From Euprymna scolopes (lineage: Eukaryota), in NCBI GenBank assembly GCA_053919585.1, contig CM132818.1: 64,000 nt of DNA, one strand, 5' to 3'. Position numbers and translations under genes: made by a program. Below the pieces are notes generated by a model. That model did no database searches. It saw only the letters and a list, made by a program, of their open reading frames with translations, and had not been told where the DNA came from. Below, piece after piece: positions 52,201-64,000 of the stretch (positions are counted from its first letter, which is position 1; each line of letters opens with the position of its first letter).

Positions 52201-55200
52201 GAACAAATACCATAGCTTCAAATATTATGTAGAAAACCAGGATGTGACACTGTAAAACACTAGTGAAATGTCAAGAACAAATACCATAGCTTCAAAGATT
52301 ATGTAGAAAACCAGGATGTGACACTGTAAAACACTAGTGAAATGTCAAGAACAAATACCATAGCTTCAAAGATTATGTAGAAAACCAGGATGTGACACTG
52401 TAAAACACTAGTGAAATGTCAAGAACAAATACCATAGCTTCAAAGATTATGTAGAAAACCAGGATGTGACACTGTAAAACACTAGTGAAATGTCAAGAAC
52501 AAATACCATAGCTTCAAAAATTATGTAGAAAACCAGGATGTGACACTGTAAAACACTAGTGAAATGTCAAGAACAAATACCATAGCTTCAAAGATTATGT
52601 AGAAAACCAGGATGTGACACTGTAAAACACTAGTGAAATGTCAAGAACAAATACCATAGCTTCAAAGATTATGTAGAAAACCAGGATGTGACACTGTAAA
52701 ACACTAGTGAAATGTCAAGAACAAATACCATAGCTTCAAAGATTATGTAGAAAACCAGGATGTGACACTGTAAAACACTAGTGAAATGTCAAGAACAAAT
52801 ACCATAGCTTCAAAAATTATGTAGAAAACCAGGATGTGACACTGTAAAACACTAGTGAAATGTCAAGAACAAATACCATAGCTTCAAAGATTATGTAGAA
52901 AACCAGGATGTGACACTGTAAAACACTAGTGAAATGTCAAGAACAAATACCATAGCTTCAAAAATTATGTAGAAAACCAGGATGTGACACTGTAAAACAC
53001 TAGTGAAATGTCAAGAACAAATACCATAGCTTCAAAGATTATGTAGAAAACCAGGATGTGACACTGTAAAACACTAGTGAAATGTCAAGAACAAATACCA
53101 TAGCTTCAAAGATTATGTAGAAAACCAGGATGTGACACTGTAAAACACTAGTGAAATGTCAAGAACAAATACCATAGCTTCAAAGATTATGTAGAAAACC
53201 AGGATGTGACACTGTAAAACACTAGTGAAATGTCAAGAACAAATACCATAGCTTCAAAGATTATGTAGAAAACCAGGATGTGACACTGTAAAACACTAGT
53301 GAAATGTCAAGAACAAATACCATAGCTTCAGAGATTATGTAGAAAACCAGGATGTGACACTGTAAAACACTAGTGAAATGTACAGAACAAATACCATAGC
53401 TTCAAATATTATGTAGAAAACCAGGATGTGACACTGTAAAACACTAGTGAAATGTCAAGAACAAATACCATAGCTTCAAAGATTATGTAGAAAACCAGGA
53501 TGTGACACTGTAAAACACTAGTGAAATGTGAAGAACAAATACCATAGCTTCAAAGATTATGTAGAAAACCAGGATGTGACACTGTAAAACACTAGTGAAA
53601 TGTCAAGAACAAATACCATAGCTTCAAAGATTATGTAGAAAACCAGGATGTGACACTGTAAAACACTAGTGAAATGTCAAGAACAAATACCATAGCTTCA
53701 AAAATTATGTAGAAAACCAGGATGTGACACTGTAAAACACTAGTGAAATGTCAAGAACAAATACCATAGCTTCAAAGATTATGTAGAAAACCAGGATGTG
53801 ACACTGTAAAACACTAGTGAAATGTCAAGAACAAATACCATAGCTTCAAAGATTATGTAGAAAACCAGGATGTGACACTGTAAAACACTAGTGAAATGTC
53901 AAGAACAAATACCATAGCTTCAAAGATTATGTAGAAAACCAGGATGTGACACTGTAAAACACTAGTGAAATGTCAAGAACAAATACCATAGCTTCAAAAA
54001 TTATGTAGAAAACCAGGATGTGACACTGTAAAACACTAGTGAAATGTCAAGAACAAATACCATAGCTTCAAAGATTATGTAGAAAACCAGGATGTGACAC
54101 TGTAAAACACTAGTGAAATGTCAAGAACAAATACCATAGCTTCAAAGATTATGTAGAAAACCAGGATGTGACACTGTAAAACACTAGTGAAATGTCAAGA
54201 ACAAATACCATAGCTTCAAAGATTATGTAGAAAACCAGGATGTGACACTGTAAAACACTAGTGAAATGTCAAGAACAAATACCATAGCTTCAAAGATTAT
54301 GTAGAAAACCAGGATGTGACACTGTAAAACACTAGTGAAATGTCAAGAACAAATACCATAGCCTCAAAAATTATGTAGAAAACCAGGATGTGACACTGTA
54401 AAACACTAGTGAAATGTCAAGAACAAATACCATAGCCTCAAAAATTATGTAGAAAACCAGGATGTGACACTGTAAAACACTAGTGAAATGTCAAGAACAA
54501 ATACCATAGCCTCAAAAATTATGTAGAAAACCAGGATGTGACACTGTAAAACACTAGTGAAATGTCAAGAACAAATACCATAGCCTCAAAAATTATGTAG
54601 AAAACCAGGATGTGACACTGTAAAACACTAGTGAAATGTCAAGAACAAATACCATAGCCTCAAAAATTATGTAGAAAACCAGGATGTGACACTGTAAAAC
54701 ACTAGTGAAATGTCAAGAACAAATACCATAGCCTCAAAAATTATGTAGAAAACCAGGATGTGACACTGTAAAACACTAGTGAAATGTCAAGAACAAATAC
54801 CATAGCCTCAAAGATTATGTAGAAAACCAGGATGTGACACTGTAAAACACTAGTGAAATGTCAAGAACAAATACCATAGCCTCAAAAATTATGTAGAAAA
54901 CCAGGATGTGACACTGTAAAACACTAGTGAAATGTCAAGAACAAATACCATAGCCTCAAAAATTATGTAGAAAACCAGGATGTGACACTGTAAAACACTA
55001 GTGAAATGTCAAGAACAAATACCATAGCCTCAAAAATTATGTAGAAAACCAGGATGTGACACTGTAAAACACTAGTGAAATGTCAAGAACACATACCATA
55101 GCCTCAAAAATTATGTAGAAAACCAGGATGTGACACTGTAAAACACTAGTGAAATGTCAAGAACAAATACCATAGCCTCAAAGATTATGTAGAAAACCAG

Positions 55201-58200
55201 GATGTGACACTGTAAAACACTAGTGAAATGTCAAGAACAAATACCATAGCTTCAAAAATTATGTAGAAAACCAGGATGTGACACTGTAAAACACTAGTGA
55301 AATGTCAAGAACAAATACCATAGCCTCAAAAATTATGTAGAAAACCAGGATGTGACACTGTAAAACACTAGTGAAATGTCAAGAACAAATACCATAGCTT
55401 CAAAGATTATGTAGAAAACCAGGATGTGACACTGTAAAACACTAGTGAAATGTCAAGAACAAATACCATAGCCTCAAAAATTATGTAGAAAACCAGGATG
55501 TGACACTGTAAAACACTAGTGAAATGTCAAGAACAAATACCATAGCCTCAAAAATTATGTAGAAAACCAGGATGTGACACTGTAAAACACTAGTGAAATG
55601 TCAAGAACAAATACCATAGCCTCAAAAATTATGTAGAAAACCAGGATGTGACACTGTAAAACACTAGTGAAATGTCAAGAACAAATACCATAGCCTCAAA
55701 AATTATGTAGAAAACCAGGATGTGACACTGTAAAACACTAGTGAAATGTCAAGAACAAATACCATAGCCTCAAAAATTATGTAGAAAACCAGGATGTGAC
55801 ACTGTAAAACACTAGTGAAATGTCAAGAACAAATACCATAGCTTCAAAGATTATGTAGAAAACCAGGATGTGACACTGTAAAACACTAGTGAAATGTCAA
55901 GAACAAATACCATAGCCTCAAAAATTATGTAGAAAACCAGGATGTGACACTGTAAAACACTAGTGAAATGTCAAGAACAAATACCATAGCCTCAAAAATT
56001 ATGTAGAAAACCAGGATGTGACACTGTAAAACACTAGTGAAATGTCAAGAACAAATACCATAGCCTCAAAAATTATGTAGAAAACCAGGATGTGACACTG
56101 TAAAACACTAGTGAAATGTCAAGAACAAATACCATAGCCTCAAAAATTATGTAGAAAACCAGGATGTGACACTGTAAAACACTAGTGAAATGTCAAGAAC
56201 AAATACCATAGCCTCAAAAATTATGTAGAAAACCAGGATGTGACACTGTAAAACACTAGTGAAATGTCAAGAACAAATACCATAGCCTCAAAAATTATGT
56301 AGAAAACCAGGATGTGACACTGTAAAACACTAGTGAAATGTCAAGAACAAATACCATAGCCTCAAAAATTATGTAGAAAACCAGGATGTGACACTGTAAA
56401 ACACTAGTGAAATGTCAAGAACAAATACCATAGCTTCAAAGATTATGTAGAAAACCAGGATGTGACACTGTAAAACACTAGTGAAATGTCAAGAACAAAT
56501 ACCATAGCCTCAAAAATTATGTAGAAAACCAGGATGTGACACTGTAAAACACTAGTGAAATGTCAAGAACAAATACCATAGCCTCAAAAATTATGTAGAA
56601 AACCAGGATGTGACACTGTAAAACACTAGTGAAATGTCAAGAACAAATACCATAGCCTCAAAAATTATGTAGAAAACCAGGATGTGACACTGTAAAACAC
56701 TAGTGCAATGTCAAGAACAAATACCATAGCTTCAAAGATTATGTAGAAAACCAGGATGTGACACTGTAAAACACTAGTGAAATGTCAAGAACAAATACCA
56801 TAGCCTCAAAAATTATGTAGAAAACCAGGATGTGACACTGTAAAACACTAGTGAAATGTCAAGAACAAATACCATAGCCTCAAAAATTATGTAGAAAACC
56901 AGGATGTGACACTGTAAAACACTAGTGAAATGTCAAGAACAAATACCATATCCTCAAAAATTATGTAGAAAACCAGGATGTGACACTGTAAAACACTAGT
57001 GAAATGTCAAGAACAAATACCATAGCCTCAAAAATTATGTAGAAAACCAGGATGTGACACTGTAAAACACTAGTGAAATGTCAAGAACAAATACCATAGC
57101 CTCAAAAATTATGTAGAAAACCAGGATGTGACACTGTAAAACACTAGTGAAATGTCAAGAACAAATACCATAGCTTCAAAGATTATGTAGAAAACCAGGA
57201 TGTGACACTGTAAAACACTAGTGAAATGTCAAGAACAAATACCATAGCCTCAAAAATTATGTAGAAAACCAGGATGTGACACTGTAAAACACTAGTGAAA
57301 TGTCAAGAACAAATACCATAGCCTCAAAAATTATGTAGAAAACCAGGATGTGACACTGTAAAACACTAGTGAAATGTCAAGAACAAATACCATAGCCTCA
57401 AAAATTATGTAGAAAACCAGGATGTGACACTGTAAAACACTAGTGAAATGTCAAGAACAAATACCAAAGCTTCAAAGATTATGTAGAAAACCAGGATGTG
57501 ACACTGTAAAACACTAGTGAAATGTCAAGAACAAATACCATAGCCTCAAAAATTATGTAGAAAACCAGGATGTGACACTGTAAAACACTAGTGAAATGTC
57601 AAGAACAAATACCATAGCCTCAAAAATTATGTAGAAAACCAGGATGTGACACTGTAAAACACTAGTGAACTGTCAAGAACAAATACCATATCCTCAAAAA
57701 TTATGTAGAAAACCAGGATGTGACACTGTAAAACACTAGTGAAATGTCAAGAACAAATACCATAGCCTCAAAAATTATGTAGAAAACCAGGATGTGACAC
57801 TGTAAAACACTAGTGAAATGTCAAGAACAAATACCATAGCCTCAAAAATTATGTAGAAAACCAGGATGTGACACTGTAAAACACTAGTGAAATGTCAAGA
57901 ACAAATACCATAGCCTCAAAAATTATGTAGAAAACCAGGATGTGACACTGTAAAACACTAGTGAAATGTCAAGAACAAATACCATAGCTTCAAAGATTAT
58001 GTAGAAAACCAGGATGTGACACTGTAAAACACTAGTGAAATGTCAAGAACAAATACCATAGCTTCAAAGATTATGTAGAAAACCAGGATGTGACACTGTA
58101 AAACACTAGTGAAATGTCAAGAACAAATACCATAGCTTCAAAGATTATGTAGAAAACCAGGATGTGACACTGTAAAACACTAGTGAAATGTCAAGAACAA

Positions 58201-61200
58201 ATACCATAGCCTCAAAAATTATGTAGAAAACCAGGATGTGACACTGTAAAACACTAGTGAAATGTCAAGAACAAATACCATAGCCTCAAAAATTATGTAG
58301 AAAACCAGGATGTGACACTGTAAAACACTAGTGAAATGTCAAGAACAAATACCATAGCCTCAAAAATTATGTAGAAAACCAGGATGTGACACTGTAAAAC
58401 ACTAGTGAAATGTCAAGAACAAATACCATAGCCTCAAAAATTATGTAGAAAACCAGGATGTGACACTGTAAAACACTAGTGAAATGTCAAGAACAAATAC
58501 CATAGCCTCAAAAATTATGTAGAAAACCAGGATGTGACACTGTAAAACACTAGTGAAATGTCAAGAACAAATACCATATCCTCAAAAATTATGTAGAAAA
58601 CCAGGATGTGACACTGTAAAACACTAGTGAAATGTCAAGAACAAATACCATAGCTTCAAAGATTATGTAGAAAACCAGGATGTGACACTGTAAAACACTA
58701 GTGAAATGTCAAGAACAAATACCATAGCTTCAAAGATTATGTAGAAAACCAGGATGTGACACTGTAAAACACTAGTGAAATGTCAAGAACAAATACCATA
58801 GCCTCAAAAATTATGTAGAAAACCAGGATGTGACACTGTAAAACACTAGTGAAATGTCAAGAACAAATACCATAGCCTCAAAAATTATGTAGAAAACCAG
58901 GATGTGACACTGTAAAACACTAGTGAAATGTCAAGAACAAATACCATAGCCTCAAAAATTATGTAGAAAACCAGGATGTGACACTGTAAAACACTAGTGA
59001 AATGTCAAGAACAAATACCATAGCTTCAAAGATTATGTAGAAAACCAGGATGTGACACTGTAAAACACTAGTGAAATGTCAAGAACAAATACCATAGCTT
59101 CAAAGATTATGTAGAAAACCAGGATGTGACACTGTAAAACACTAGTGAAATGTCAAGAACAAATACCATAGCCTCAAAAATTATGTAGAAAACCAGGATG
59201 TGACACTGTAAAACACTAGTGAAATGTCAAGAACAAATACCATAGCCTCAAAAATTATGTAGAAAACCAGGATGTGACACTGTAAAACACTAGTGAAATG
59301 TCAAGAACAAATACCATAGCTTCAAAGATTATGTAGAAAACCAGGATGTGACACTGTAAAACACTAGTGAAATGTCAAGAACAAATACCATAGCCTCAAA
59401 AATTATGTAGAAAACCAGGATGTGACACTGTAAAACACTAGTGAAATGTCAAGAACAAATACCATAGCCTCAAAAATTATGTAGAAAACCAGGATGTGAC
59501 ACTGTAAAACACTAGTGAAATGTCAAGAACAAATACCATAGCCTCAAAAATTATGTAGAAAACCAGGATGTGACACTGTAAAACACTAGTGCAATGTCAA
59601 GAACAAATACCAAAGCTTCAAAGATTATGTAGAAAACCAGGATGTGACACTGTAAAACACTAGTGAAATGTCAAGAACAAATACCATAGCCTCAAAAATT
59701 ATGTAGAAAACCAGGATGTGACACTGTAAAATACTAGTGAAATGTCAAGAACAAATACCATAGCCTCAAAAATTATGTAGAAAACCAGGATGTGACACTG
59801 TAAAACACTAGTGAACTGTCAAGAACAAATACCATATCCTCAAAAATTATGTAGAAAACCAGGATGTGACACTGTAAAACACTAGTGAAATGTCAAGAAC
59901 AAATACCATAGCCTCAAAAATTATGTAGAAAACGAGGATGTGACACTGTAAAACACTAGTGAAATGTCAAGAACAAATACCATAGCCTCAAAAATTATGT
60001 AGAAAACCAGGATGTGACACTGTAAAACACTAGTGAAATGTCAAGAACAAATACCATAGCCTCAAAAATTATGTAGAAAACCAGGATGTGACACTGTAAA
60101 ACACTAGTGAAATGTCAAGAACAAATACCATAGCTTCAAAGATTATGTAGAAAACCAGGATGTGACACTGTAAAACACTAGTGAAATGTCAAGAACAAAT
60201 ACCATAGCCTCAAAAATTATGTAGAAAACCAGGATGTGACACTGTAAAACACTAGTGAAATGTCAAGAACAAATACCATAGCCTCAAAAATTATGTAGAA
60301 AACCAGGATGTGACACTGTAAAACACTAGTGAAATGTCAAGAACAAATACCATATCCTCAAAAATTATGTAGAAAACCAGGATGTGACACTGTAAAACAC
60401 TAGTGAAATGTCAAGAACAAATACCATAGCTTCAAAGATTATGTAGAAAACCAGGATGTGACACTGTAAAACACTAGTGAAATGTCAAGAACAAATACCA
60501 TAGCTTCAAAGATTATGTAGAAAACCAGGATGTGACACTGTAAAACACTAGTGAAATGTCAAGAACAAATACCATAGCCTCAAAAATTATGTAGAAAACC
60601 AGGATGTGACACTGTAAAACACTAGTGAAATGTCAAGAACAAATACCATAGCCTCAAAAATTATGTAGAAAACCAGGATGTGACACTGTAAAACACTAGT
60701 GAAATGTCAAGAACAAATACCATAGCCTCAAAAATTATGTAGAAAACCAGGATGTGACACTGTAAAACACTAGTGAAATGTCAAGAACAAATACCATAGC
60801 CTCAAAAATTATGTAGAAAACCAGGATGTGACACTGTAAAACACTAGTGAAATGTCAAGAACAAATACCATAGCCTCAAAAATTATGTAGAAAACCAGGA
60901 TGTGACACTGTAAAACACTAGTGAAATGTCAAGAACAAATACCATATCCTCAAAAATTATGTAGAAAACCAGGATGTGACACTGTAAAACACTAGTGAAA
61001 TGTCAAGAACAAATACCATAGCTTCAAAGATTATGTAGAAAACCAGGATGTGACACTGTAAAACACTAGTGAAATGTCAAGAACAAATACCATAGCTTCA
61101 AAGATTATGTAGAAAACCAGGATGTGACACTGTAAAACACTAGTGAAATGTCAAGAACAAATACCATAGCCTCAAAAATTATGTAGAAAACCAGGATGTG

Positions 61201-64000
61201 ACACTGTAAAACACTAGTGAAATGTCAAGAACAAATACCATAGCCTCAAAAATTATGTAGAAAACCAGGATGTGACACTGTAAAACACTAGTGAAATGTC
61301 AAGAACAAATACCATAGCCTCAAAAATTATGTAGAAAACCAGGATGTGACACTGTAAAACACTAGTGAAATGTCAAGAACAAATACCATAGCCTCAAACA
61401 TTATGTAGAAAACCAGGATGTGACCCTGTAAAACACTAGTGAAATGTCAAGAACAAATACCATAGCTTCAAAGATTATGTAGAAAACCAGGATGTGACAC
61501 TGTAAAACACTAGTGAAATGTCAAGAACAAATACCATAGCTTCAAAGATTATGTAGAAAACCAGGATGTGACACTGTAAAACACTAGTGAAATGTCAAGA
61601 ACAAATACCATAGCCTCAAAAATTATGTAGAAAACCAGGATGTGACACTGTAAAACACTAGTGAAATGTCAAGAACAAATACCATAGCCTCAAAAATTAT
61701 GTAGAAAACCAGGATGTGACACTGTAAAACACTAGTGAAATGTCAAGAACAAATACCATAGCCTCAAAAATTATGTAGAAAACCAGGATGTGACACTGTA
61801 AAACACTAGTGAAATGTCAAGAACAAATACCATAGCCTCAAAAATTATGTAGAAAACCAGGATGTGACACTGTAAAACACTAGTGAAATGTCAAGAACAA
61901 ATACCATAGCCTCAAAAATTATGTAGAAAACCAGGATGTGACACTGTAAAACACTAGTGAAATGTCAAGAACAAATACCATATCCTCAAAAATTATGTAG
62001 AAAACCAGGATGTGACACTGTAAAACACTAGTGAAATGTCAAGAACAAATACCATAGCTTCAAAGATTATGTAGAAAACCAGGATGTGACACTGTAAAAC
62101 ACCAGTGAAATGTCAAGAACAAATACCATAGCTTCAAAGATTATGTAGAAAACCAGGATGTGACACTGTAAAACACTAGTGAAATGTCAAGAACAAATAC
62201 CATACCCTCAAAAATTATGTAGAAAACCAGGATGTGACACTGTAAAACACTAGTGAAATGTCAAGAACAAATACCATAGCCTCAAAAATTATGTAGAAAA
62301 CCAGGATGTGACACTGTAAAACACTAGTGAAATGTCAAGAACAAATACCATATCCTCAAAAATTATGTAGAAAACCAGGATGTGACACTGTAAAACACTA
62401 GTGAAATGTCAAGAACAAATACCATAGCTTCAAAGATTATGTAGAAAACCAGGATGTGACACTGTAAAACACTAGTGAAATGTCAAGAACAAATACCATA
62501 GCTTCAAAGATTATGTAGAAAACCAGGATGTGACACTGTAAAACACTAGTGAAATGTCAAGAACAAATACCATAGCCTCAAAAATTATGTAGAAAACCAG
62601 GATGTGACACTGTAAAACACTAGTGAAATGTCAAGAACAAATACCATAGCCTCAAAAATTATGTAGAAAACCAGGATGTGACACTGTAAAACACTAGTGA
62701 AATGTCAAGAACAAATACCATAGCCTCAAAAATTATGTAGAAAACCAGGATGTGACACTGTAAAACACTAGTGAAATGTCAAGAACAAATACCATAGCTT
62801 CAAAGATTATGTAGAAAACCAGGATGTGACACTGTAAAACACTAGTGAAATGTCAAGAACAAATACCATAGCTTCAAAGATTATGTAGAAAACCAGGATG
62901 TGACACTGTAAAACACTAGTGAAATGTCAAGAACAAATACCATAGCCTCAAAAATTATGTAGAAAACCAGGATGTGACACTGTAAAACACTAGTGAAATG
63001 TCAAGAACAAATACCATAGCCTCAAAAATTATGTAGAAAACCAGGATGTGACACTGTAAAACACTAGTGAAATGTCAAGAACAAATACCATATCCTCAAA
63101 AATTATGTAGAAAACCAGGATGTGACACTGTAAAACACTAGTGAAATGTCAAGAACAAATACCATAGCTTCAAAGATTATGTAGAAAACCAGGATGTGAC
63201 ACTGTAAAACACTAGTGAAATGTCAAGAACAAATACCATAGCTTCAAAGATTATGTAGAAAACCAGGATGTGACACTGTAAAACACTAGTGAAATGTCAA
63301 GAACAAATACCATAGCCTCAAAAATTATGTAGAAAACCAGGATGTGACACTGTAAAACACTAGTGAAATGTCAAGAACAAATACCATAGCCTCAAAAATT
63401 ATGTAGAAAACCAGGATGTGACACTGTAAAACACTAGTGAAATGTCAAGAACAAATACCATATCCTCAAAAATTATGTAGAAAACCAGGATGTGACACTG
63501 TAAAACACTAGTGAAATGTCAAGAACAAATACCATAGCTTCAAAGATTATGTAGAAAACCAGGATGTGACACTGTAAAACACTAGTGAAATGTCAAGAAC
63601 AAATACCATAGCTTCAAAGATTATGTAGAAAACCAGGATGTGACACTGTAAAACACTAGTGAAATGTCAAGAACAAATACCATAGCCTCAAAAATTATGT
63701 AGAAAACCAGGATGTGACACTGTAAAACACTAGTGAAATGTCAAGAACAAATACCATAGCCTCAAAAATTATGTAGAAAACCAGGATGTGACACTGTAAA
63801 ACACTAGTGAAATGTCAAGTACAAATACCATAGCTTCAGAGATTATGTAGAAAACCAGGATGTGACACTGTAAAACACTAGTGAAATATCAAGAACAAAT
63901 ACCATAGCCTCAAAAATTATGTAGAAAACCAGGATGTGACACTGTAAAACACTAGTGAAATGTCAAGAACAAATACCATAGCCTCAAAAATTATGTAGAA
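19230..64000. repeat. 74-bp tandem satellite array, ~605 copies, continuing past the window end
   Basis: Consensus AA[A/G]ATTATGTAGAAAACCAGGATGTGACACTGTAAAACACTAGTGAAATGTCAAGAACAAATACCATAGC[C/T]TCA; head-to-tail, one orientation, no insertions seen; ~34% GC, ~45% A, no CpG in the consensus. Confidence 0.99.

Noticed and set aside
19230-64000. CRISPR array or repetitive protein-coding gene
   Set aside because: There are no unique spacers or cas genes and the context is eukaryotic. The unit length is not a multiple of 3, and the ORF track reports no ORF in the array.

Overview
Eukaryotic (invertebrate-like, AT-rich) repeat-dense DNA with no recognisable host gene. Bases 1-19.2 kb are nested, mostly decayed transposons: a Penelope-like fragment, an R4/Dong-type RLE LINE, a Chapaev3-type DNA transposon interrupted by a complete 4.6-kb Gypsy LTR element (3226-7829), a Tigger/pogo fragment, a near-full-length DD34D mariner, two CR1/L2-group LINE copies, a Helentron-type HINE with internal tandem repeats, a degenerate hammerhead ribozyme, and RTE, mariner and Helitron remnants. 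From ~19230 to the window end (>44.7 kb, ~605 copies) lies a very homogeneous 74-bp tandem satellite. Main observation: read on the minus strand, the monomer is a decayed piece of the reverse-transcriptase coding region (LDISKAFDxVWHxGLLHKL block) of the adjoining CR1-like LINE, on the same strand and in collinear order. The array therefore appears to have amplified in place from inside a dead LINE whose 3' part is still attached. Rare variants record local block duplications of 5, 7, 10, 15, 16, 21, 29, 30, 39 and 63 monomers. All family calls come from recognising motifs by eye; no database searches were run.
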